DNA of 64,000 bases, taken from assembly GCA_016207645.1 (NCBI GenBank), contig JACQPH010000067.1, positions 4,365 to 68,364 of the forward strand, given 5' to 3'. Every line of letters starts with the position of its first letter. Positions within the stretch are counted from its first letter, which is position 1. The notes under the pieces are model-generated. The model did not search any database. It saw only the letters and a list, made by a program, of their open reading frames with translations, and was not told the origin of the DNA. Below are positions 48,401-54,764 of this stretch, piece by piece. Position numbers and translations under genes: made by a program. This DNA is from Elusimicrobiota bacterium (GTDB lineage: Bacteria > Elusimicrobiota > Elusimicrobia > Elusimicrobiales > UBA9959).

Positions 48401-50880
48401 CTGCCCTTCTCGAAAGTGCGCGTGAGGTCCGCATCGCTGTTGGGAGTCACGACCGGCCAGCCGTCCTTGTCTTCAAGCCGGCATTTTGGCGTCCTTGCGA
48501 GACCGAAGGCCCGGACCCGGTATTCGCCGGGGTTGGTGATGATGAATTGATATGCCGCCGCTTTTCCCGCTTCCAGCGACAGGCGCGCAGGCGTGCGGCT
48601 AGTGAGAAAACCGGCCTGGATCAAACCGCTCTTGTCCATGATAAGACCGAGATGTCCTTTTGACCGCCCTTTGCCCGCGACAGTAACCTGGTAATCGCCT
48701 TCATGCAGGTACTGCCTGATAAAGAAGTTCCTGCCTTTGCCGTTCTCCGATTCCCGCACGAGCCGGGGCGTGGTCCTGCTGCGAAGATCGCCTTCCGTTG
48801 CCAGAAGCCCAGTGGACTGAACCTGATAGAGGGCTGATTTGTCCGCCTGAAGGTTGAAGGTCAAATTAGAATTGCGCTCCAGGTCGAAAAAGAGCGGTTT
48901 GCCGTCCGTCAGTACCGGAAAATTCGGGAGGCTGTCGAGTACCGCCTGCGAAAGGGCGGGCAGCGGGGTCCCGGCGCTCAACCTGCGCGGTTCCAGGAAG
49001 AGAGCGTAATTGATCGTGTCCTTTGCCGTTGATCGCACGGATACGGAGTGTCTGCCCGTCCCCATGCTGTACATTTTCTGCCAGGGCCCATTGTCCACCG
49101 ACAGGTCCATGTACGAACCGTCTTCAACTTCCGCCCGGAGCGTACCTTCTTCGGAAACCAGGAACGGAACGGTCACGGTTTCGTCGGGCCGCTGCGTCAT
49201 GGGCAGCGGATCAGCCAGGTTCAACGGCAGGGAGCGGATCACGAGCCCTGTTCTGACTTCGGGTTGCCGGTTCATGTGCATTGTGTACCAGCTATAACGA
49301 TTCAGTGAAACCTTCGGGAAACGAACGGCGGCCCGGACCGGCGGCGCGATTTTTCCTTTATCCGGGGCGAGCTTTCCCCATACCCAGCTGACCCAGGATG
49401 CGGGACGGATGATCAGATCCATTATCCCCTTCTTCTCAGGTTCAATGGTCAGTACATAGTAGCCGGCATCGAGGTCCCACGTAGAGCCCCCGGGCCGGGT
49501 TTTCGGCTTTGCATAATACATGGGCACTGACGTGAAAAATGGTTCTATGCGAACACGGGCTTCAACCCCTTGCGAGAGGACCTGGTATGCGCCTTTCGCG
49601 TTGATCTTGAGAAAGAGCGTAAGCGGATCCAGCAGATTTGCGCGGCGCGAATATCCAGTTGCCTGGTCCAGCTCGATCGTCTGCTCGAACAAGGGCCGCG
49701 TGCTGTACGTGTCTGCGCCCGACACCAGGACAGCGGTAGAGTCTACCGAGTCCTGCGGATGACCCGAGTGAACGCTCGATATCCAGTATTCGCCCGTCCC
49801 TTGAAATGAATAGCGGTCATTAGATTCAAAGTGCTGGAATACATATGGTGTGCCGGACTCGCCGGTGATGACGACAAGGTGCTTTGCGCTCTGGTTTCCC
49901 TCCGTCAGCAATTCGGCCACGGGGGGGGAGGAGTTCTTCCTGATATTGCTGTCTGGTCCGTTGTTGCTGAATGGATCGCTTTTATTGAACCAGCCTGCCT
50001 GAAGCGACAACTCGCGCGCTTCCGCCAGTTCTACCCTGAAGTATGTGCTCAAACCGGGAACGATAAAGCGGTCCGTCCCGAACGGGCTGAGCGTGAACCG
50101 TTTCCGGGTCACCGAACCCAGTTCGGGAATGCCGTGCCTCAGGTAGAAAGGATGAAGGCCGCTGTCTTCGGCCCAGGGGAGGGCAAGACCGCCGTATGCG
50201 GAGAGAAGATAGAGTCCCGGATCAAGCGCGACGGCGAGGCGGCAGACCCGCAGAGGCCGGCCTGTTATCGGCTGCACTGTTGTGATAACCGGTGCCGCAT
50301 CCACCAGCCAGGCGCCGTCTTTCCACAACCGCATATCAGCCAGACTCCGTCCCGCTGCTTCCAGAAGCACGAGTTTGCGCTCCCTGATTTCAAGCCAGTA
50401 AGACGCCTGTTCAAAATCCTTGAGCTCGGTTTCGTTCAGCTTGTATTCAATAAGCGCCGGCAGCTGCGGGGCATTCCGGTCCTGAAACGGATGCGCTTCC
50501 AGGCGCGCGCTCCCGGACGCCTTTTCATGTCCATGAATGACAATCTTATATTCGCCCCGCTCCAGAAAGAGATCGAGCCTGCCGTCCCGCTCGCCCGCAA
50601 CGCCGGAAATAGTTCCAGGTCCGGCCATGCGGTCAATGAGCTGAAGTCCCGTTCCTTGCTCGCTCCTGACGGTAACGGCATAACGTCCGAACTTTTTAAT
50701 CGTGAGAATGGCTTCCTGGCGGCCCCGGGCGGGAATATCGGATCTGCTCAATACGGCGGAAAAGTCCGGCGACTCCGCATGCAGAGCGGCAGGGGATAAG
50801 CAATTCAGCAGGAGAAGAACCGGTACGACATAACGCAGGACGGATAACCTTAGGCGATGTACCCGGCAATTCACCTTCAT
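45481..50880 (-). CDS. Giant secreted repeat protein (about 1799 aa), family unknown
   Basis: The uninterrupted ORF is the first gene of the alpha-2-macroglobulin/PBP1C operon. ATG 50880 is preceded by GGAGG at a 6-nt spacing. It has a signal peptide (VVPVLLLLNCLSPAALHA), a recurrent 'G-x-Y-x-hydrophobic' beta-sandwich-like module and an acidic C-terminal tail. Confidence 0.75.
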   Translation of the reverse strand: MKVNCRVHRLRLSVLRYVVPVLLLLNCLSPAALHAESPDFSAVLSRSDIPARGRQEAILTIKKFGRYAVTVRSEQGTGLQLIDRMAGPGTISGVAGERDGRLDLFLERGEYKIVIHGHEKASGSARLEAHPFQDRNAPQLPALIEYKLNETELKDFEQASYWLEIRERKLVLLEAAGRSLADMRLWKDGAWLVDAAPVITTVQPITGRPLRVCRLAVALDPGLYLLSAYGGLALPWAEDSGLHPFYLRHGIPELGSVTRKRFTLSPFGTDRFIVPGLSTYFRVELAEARELSLQAGWFNKSDPFSNNGPDSNIRKNSSPPVAELLTEGNQSAKHLVVITGESGTPYVFQHFESNDRYSFQGTGEYWISSVHSGHPQDSVDSTAVLVSGADTYSTRPLFEQTIELDQATGYSRRANLLDPLTLFLKINAKGAYQVLSQGVEARVRIEPFFTSVPMYYAKPKTRPGGSTWDLDAGYYVLTIEPEKKGIMDLIIRPASWVSWVWGKLAPDKGKIAPPVRAAVRFPKVSLNRYSWYTMHMNRQPEVRTGLVIRSLPLNLADPLPMTQRPDETVTVPFLVSEEGTLRAEVEDGSYMDLSVDNGPWQKMYSMGTGRHSVSVRSTAKDTINYALFLEPRRLSAGTPLPALSQAVLDSLPNFPVLTDGKPLFFDLERNSNLTFNLQADKSALYQVQSTGLLATEGDLRSRTTPRLVRESENGKGRNFFIRQYLHEGDYQVTVAGKGRSKGHLGLIMDKSGLIQAGFLTSRTPARLSLEAGKAAAYQFIITNPGEYRVRAFGLARTPKCRLEDKDGWPVVTPNSDADLTRTFEKGRYRLILLPENTDARLVTLIEPVQPPRRFKGHGPHRLPLAVAVDHTWREPESQKERRPDQWNFELPADGEVSVELTGEMQGELLRINPGGTSKRAAFIPPARGWQGRLQAGSYRIDAASVRVNNQAAYRVAVRPVPLMAGLSRDVGAPSVVPVAIGRAGLVELSSFGGVDVKARLTTEDGLLIAENDDRPDDWNFHISAALKPGNYRLHVEPVGPGQGACTVSVRVPKEEGKKALLLPANASITLTDSVQLFPLTLPAQGELLMLSARAPENIGMAVEVAEQDGWKTIGSASGRDARLEVPLREPLAPPSNVRYRLRLWSMDRRATSVELSALFVSPPQFTEGDLKRGIDLSLAQGARTAIAAAAVRFERGGLLRIPEEFRSLRWSAGVLRACEQPENFLPVQPGFVWITGETATRGPVPVARAERLGLGSGVNKAVQLRMRGREKMLCDLASDGQGPVLVIASARAGRPAVELIEQGGNEPVNTGQFMVGEHGSLSLSLQPKNPVARLWAASPVDEPFEARVMQLGFHAPETASGKAGLHGAIEGKKARLYELPQGKKRIQLSLGEALVAALLKDGTVASVHWAEGKAFTETCETDAQRLLLLHTREGEDYFSIDHAPLADALFTAPLAIGQPFERIMLNSGRSRLSIAAGKTPIENRRTLHVRGGRNAVFTDKTGAVSAANDMEIGEQGGTLVVEHGPGALLAWLDRPGEEAADLWAASEKPDRTAVTLPALLPLDGKLRAYRIEAANPVMLHVRSAAPLVTYLARGEKTPEVEVHSRGVTLDAYLPGGSAELRLRAFAGGGMSGQVSISGSSVTPTDEGLGPEALLAPGSARLFSFTVRQEGMIGAGVKADSDGIDMEILNSAGAVLGKGVAQMLRLKPGPYLMKLRAPDAAAPVKVRPALVGLKAPDSGPPPEEITRYLSPEAEMPAAYSSRRGSQDMGYESQGEQTSDSPTPAAEPEYGEENGEGETGE

Positions 50881-51405
50881 AAACACCCTCCCTGAGGCTT
50901 TTGCGAAGCAGTCCCCTGCGATTTAAAATATCATCGGGCGGCCTTTGTCGCCATTTCAGGATGTCAAATATTTCTGTTGAGGCAGTTCTTGATTGGCCGA
51001 AAGAACCAGAAAGGGGTTTTTTCAGCAGACTGAAAACAGGTTGCCGTCCCCAATTTCCCCCCAATTTCCCAAATACTTTTCCCTGTCTACTTACTTTGTA
51101 GTTGCAAATACTGTCAGGTATCTAAACATATTTTAGCCGCGACAGTCTAATTTTCCGCTTTTAAAAGGCACCCATTTATCCCACCCCGCCCCGGGCGATG
51201 GAATCCCTGCCACCAAGATTAGGACCAATTGGTATTAAGGTGAATCTGTCTTTATTATGAAATTCCCCCCGAAGAACTGAATCTCGCGGGGGAAAGTTCG
51301 GAAAAGAAGAAAATTGGCTCCGTGACCAGGACAGTGCATCCTCCGAAGCGAGGCAGGATAGCGTAGTCGCGCGAACCGGGAAGTGGAACGCCTGGACCGA
51401 TCCCG

Positions 51406-51443
51406 GAGAAAAATTCAGGCCCCTTACGGGGCCCAAATTTTTT
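51406..51443. terminator. Hairpin terminator directly 3' of tRNA-Gln (T-runs on both strands)
   Basis: GGCCCC-TTAC-GGGGCC (51418-51433), flanked by A5 upstream and T6 downstream on the + strand. Confidence 0.5.
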
Positions 51444-51514
51444 CTCCGGGACTAGGATTCGAACCTAGAAAAGGGGATTCAGAGTCCCCCGTGATACCGT
51501 TTCACCATCCCGGA
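51444..51514 (-). tRNA. tRNA-Gln (anticodon CUG)
   Basis: Hand-folded cloverleaf: acceptor TCCGGGA/TCCCGGA (U1-A72), D stem GTGA/TCAC, anticodon stem GGGGA/TCCCC with loop CTCTGAA, T arm CTAGG-TTCGAAT-CCTAG, discriminator G. CCA is not encoded. Confidence 0.9.
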
Positions 51515-51566
51515 ATATTTGTTATTATATATTTTTCGCGGCCGTTAGCAAAATCCCGGGGGGAAC

Positions 51567-52883
51567 TTGTTCGAATTATCCACGGAAATCATAATAATTT
51601 CCATCATGCTCGCCTTTAACGGCTTCTTCGCGGCGTACGAGATGGCGCTGGCCTCGGTTTCCAAGCCGAGGTTAAGGCATCTGAAGGAAAAAGGCGTACC
51701 GGGAGCCGCCGCCGCACAGTTCATGAAGGAGCGGATGGAGGCCAGCCTCTCCCTTATCCAGCTCGGCATCACGCTGGCCGGCGCGATAGCCGCCGCAACG
51801 GGCGGCGCCGCCGTCAACGAATACCTCTCTCCCGCCCTGAGCGAACGCCTCGCGCTCTCCCTGGTCACGGCCGAAATACTGGGCCTTACCCTTTTCGTGC
51901 TCCCCCTCAGCTTCCTGACGATAACCTTCGGCGAACTGGTCCCGAAGATTTTCGCCATCGAGAACAAGGAATTCATACTTTTCCATTTCTCCCCGTTCTT
52001 CCGGGCCATATACGTTCTAGTTTCCCCCGTGCTGCAGGTCTTCGAAATAGCCATTAAAGGGATAATTACCGTCATCAACGCAATACTGCCGGCCAGGAAG
52101 AACCACCATGAAAAAGCCGCGCTGGCCGAACTGAGGCTGGCCGCCGCCCAGGCCAGGGACGAAAGCCTTATAGGAAAAATGGAGGAGCAGATAGTGAACT
52201 CGGCCGCGGCGCTGGCGCTGCGCAAGGTGGAGGAACTGATGATCCCGGTTTCGGCCATCTCCTACATACCGGCGGGAATGTCGCTTTCCGAGGCCATGAT
52301 CCGCGCCCATATGGACCTGCACACCCGCTTCCCGGTCACGAAGTGGGACGACAACCCCGGAGAAATAGTGGGCTATATCAATTTCAAGGACATAGTGAAC
52401 GCGCTCAAGATGCAGGCCAAGTCCCCCGATGTGGCCGGCATCACCAGGCCCATCCACAAGATACCGGAGGGGACGGCGGTGCCTAAGGCGCTGGAGGAAA
52501 TGATCTCGAAAAGCGTGCATATGGCGGTGATCACCGGCGCCGACGGAAAAGTGCTGGGCCTGCTTACGCTCGAAGACATCATAGCGCAGCTGGTGGGGAC
52601 GATAAAGGACGAATACGACCACCTGCCCTCTTATCTTTACCCGGCCGGCGGAGGCCTGATGGCCGGCGGCGGCGCGGATATGGCTGAAATTTTACGCAGG
52701 CTGGACCTGAACCCCGACACCGGCAATGTTTCCCTCGCGGTCTGGGTGGAAAGGCAGTTGAAGCGCCACCCCCGCGGCAGCGAACTCCTGAAGCACGGCC
52801 AGGTAAGGATCCTCGTCAGGAAAACCCGGAGGCACAAGGTCTCCGAAGCCTTCATAAGAAAGCTCCCCCCCACGCATATATAG
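51567..52883 (+). CDS. CNNM/DUF21 + CBS-pair membrane protein (hemolysin-family / divalent-cation efflux-like)
   Basis: DUF21 N-terminal TM region (NGFFAAYEMALASVS) and a CBS pair (VEELMIPVSAISYIP ... VHMAVITGADGKVLGLLTLEDI). TTG start at 51567 keeps TM1 intact. Confidence 0.8.
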   Translation: MFELSTEIIIISIMLAFNGFFAAYEMALASVSKPRLRHLKEKGVPGAAAAQFMKERMEASLSLIQLGITLAGAIAAATGGAAVNEYLSPALSERLALSLVTAEILGLTLFVLPLSFLTITFGELVPKIFAIENKEFILFHFSPFFRAIYVLVSPVLQVFEIAIKGIITVINAILPARKNHHEKAALAELRLAAAQARDESLIGKMEEQIVNSAAALALRKVEELMIPVSAISYIPAGMSLSEAMIRAHMDLHTRFPVTKWDDNPGEIVGYINFKDIVNALKMQAKSPDVAGITRPIHKIPEGTAVPKALEEMISKSVHMAVITGADGKVLGLLTLEDIIAQLVGTIKDEYDHLPSYLYPAGGGLMAGGGADMAEILRRLDLNPDTGNVSLAVWVERQLKRHPRGSELLKHGQVRILVRKTRRHKVSEAFIRKLPPTHI

Positions 52884-52939
52884 TAAAATATTTCCCCCGT
52901 AAGCCCGCGCGCCTACCTTCTTTAGCAAGCGCGGGTACC

Positions 52940-53092
52940 TTATAAGGGGGGTTCAGCGAGCGGACCGCCGAAGGCGGTAGAGCGAGCGACGATGAACGGG
53001 GGGCTTAGCCCCCCTTGTGGAGCGCCTGGCCGATCACCTTATGAGGCCAGGTTGTATTCAACCCTTCGCATCGGATGCGAAGGGCGCGACGA
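52940..53092 (+). other. Cluster of four stable stem-loops upstream of tRNA-Pro (unclassified)
   Basis: Hairpins at 52964-52978, 52998-53014 (GGGGGGC-TTA-GCCCCCC), 53025-53051 and 53062-53084. The first is flanked by the direct 8-mer AGCGAGCG (52955-52962, 52981-52988). Confidence 0.35.
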
Positions 53093-53164
53093 CGGGGCAT
53101 AGTGAAATGGTTCTCACGCGTGCTTTGGGAGCATGAATTCCGAGTTCGATCCTCGGTGCCCCGA
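53093..53164 (+). tRNA. tRNA-Pro (anticodon UGG)
   Basis: Hand-folded cloverleaf: acceptor CGGGGCA/TGCCCCG (C1-G72), D stem GTGA/TCAC, anticodon stem CGTGC/GCATG with loop TTTGGGA (G37), T arm CCGAG-TTCGATC-CTCGG, discriminator A. CCA is not encoded. Confidence 0.9.
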
Positions 53165-53185
53165 TCTTCCCCCACAGGTAAGAGA

Positions 53186-53962
53186 TCAAAAACTTAAGAC
53201 CGCGGACGCACCGGCGTACGCGGGTGAAAATACCGGCAGCAGCAGGACCGAAGGCGTCCCGGCCTTTTCCTTTGCCGCCACCCAGCGCCCGACGGCCGTT
53301 CCTATGACCGCTCCCGCCAGGGTGTCGGAAGCCCAGTGTTTGTCGGCGTAAACCCGCTGCAGAGCTACCGACGAGGCCAGCGAATATGCGAGAACCTTCA
53401 CCGCGCGGGACTCCGAACGCGCGGCGAACACCGAAGCCACCGAAAAAGCGCTGACAGTATGCCCGGAGGGAAAAGAAGTGCGGGCGGTCTTGAACCTGAA
53501 AGGAGTGAACCGGCGCTTGCCGTCCCCGGCGTACGGCCTGGCGCGCCCGACGGAATACTTGAGCAGGGTTCCCGCGGCGTTAGCCGCCAGAAAGGACTCG
53601 GCCGCTAGCAGGGAGGTATCCCGCATCCGCTCGTTCTTCAGGAGCAGCCCCAGGCCGCCGTAAGCGGCCACTATAGCCGCGTCGTAGCCGCCGTTCCCCA
53701 GTTTCTCGGCCTGCTCCGAGATATCGTCGTTCAGCTCCGACCGGCTCCTGCCGAAGGCATGCCTGAGCTGCCCGTCCAAGGAATAAAGGACCAGGCCACC
53801 GGCGGCCACCGCGCCGAGGACCGGCAGGTCGGCCCCGCTTATCCGCGCCGGGGAGGTGACCACTTTTCCGGCGGAGCCGAGGACCTCGCCCGGGAAGCCG
53901 GCCGCCGCGAGGGAAGGGCAGAGCAGCAGGAAAGCCGGGACGAGCGGCCGGTGAAGCCTCAT
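53186..53962 (-). CDS. PAP2-family membrane phosphatase
   Basis: KYSVGRARP ... PSGH ... ADKHWASD PAP2 signature. Start placed at ATG 53962, which shares one base with the upstream stop (TGATG). The longer ORF-track start overlaps the GT2 gene. Confidence 0.75.
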   Translation of the reverse strand: MRLHRPLVPAFLLLCPSLAAAGFPGEVLGSAGKVVTSPARISGADLPVLGAVAAGGLVLYSLDGQLRHAFGRSRSELNDDISEQAEKLGNGGYDAAIVAAYGGLGLLLKNERMRDTSLLAAESFLAANAAGTLLKYSVGRARPYAGDGKRRFTPFRFKTARTSFPSGHTVSAFSVASVFAARSESRAVKVLAYSLASSVALQRVYADKHWASDTLAGAVIGTAVGRWVAAKEKAGTPSVLLLPVFSPAYAGASAVLSF

Positions 53963-54696
53963 CAGCGTTTTCCCCCGTAAAAGATCCTGAGCCTGGACGG
54001 GTCCCTGACGGCGCTGAAAGGGCCGCGCAGGAAGGTGAAGAGTTCCACGATGCATTCCCAGGCGCCGTACATCCTGAACTTCCTGGCGGAGCTGAGATGC
54101 GGCGCGGAAACGATTATCCTGAAATCCAGGCCTCTCGCTTTTCCCCAGCGCTTGAGCTCTTCGGAAAGCGCTATCTCTTCGGCGGCGTAAAGCCAGGGGC
54201 TGAAACCGCCCAGCGCAACGAAGGCGTCGCGGCGGCAGAAGAGATAGGAACCGGCGGCCAGCTTGAAAGTCCGGGAGAGGGAGTTCCAGAACCAGGTAAG
54301 CGCCGCCCCCCAGGCCGGAGGCGCCGGGTCGAAAGCCACCAGCGCCCCGCCGCCGCAGCAGGTCCCCGACCGCATAAGGCGCAGGGTTTCGGCCAGCGTG
54401 GCTGCGGACAGGCGGGAGTCGGCGTCGATGAAGAGGAGCCAGTCGCCGGAAGCGGCCGCCGCGCCGCGGTTGCGCGCCCCGGCTATCCGGTTCAGCGGCT
54501 CGAAAACGGTTCCGACACCCTTGGCCGCGGCCAGGGCCGCGGTGCCGTCGGTGGAGTTGTTGTCGCAGACGATAAATTCGTGCTCCGGGGCGCCCGCCTG
54601 CGCGGCGAAAGCCGCCCGCGCGCTGTCCAGGCAGGCGCCGAGCAGTTTTTCCTCGTTAAAAGCCGGTATCACAACGGAGACTTCCATTATCGTCAA
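53962..54696 (-). CDS. Family 2 glycosyltransferase
   Basis: VSVVIPAFNEE, DNNSTDGT and FIDADS motifs of GT-A fold GT2 enzymes. Confidence 0.85.
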   Translation of the reverse strand: MTIMEVSVVIPAFNEEKLLGACLDSARAAFAAQAGAPEHEFIVCDNNSTDGTAALAAAKGVGTVFEPLNRIAGARNRGAAAASGDWLLFIDADSRLSAATLAETLRLMRSGTCCGGGALVAFDPAPPAWGAALTWFWNSLSRTFKLAAGSYLFCRRDAFVALGGFSPWLYAAEEIALSEELKRWGKARGLDFRIIVSAPHLSSARKFRMYGAWECIVELFTFLRGPFSAVRDPSRLRIFYGGKR

Positions 54697-54764
54697 TTAT
54701 AATATATATCGGCCCAAATCCATTTTTTGATAGGATAGAGTATTACCGGATATGGACGCCTTAA

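Noticed and set aside
51176-51436. 86-aa minus-strand ORF in the long leader
   Set aside because: It has no SD, no recognisable family and an odd composition, and it overlaps the tRNA-Gln terminator hairpin.
52925-53092. Hairpin cluster as a second tRNA, tmRNA, SRP RNA or 6S RNA
   Set aside because: No cloverleaf can be drawn, since there is no 7-nt T-loop or acceptor pairing. The SRP helix-8 consensus (GGAA tetraloop with AGCA bulges) is absent, there is no long closing stem with a central bubble as in 6S RNA, and there is no tmRNA tag frame.
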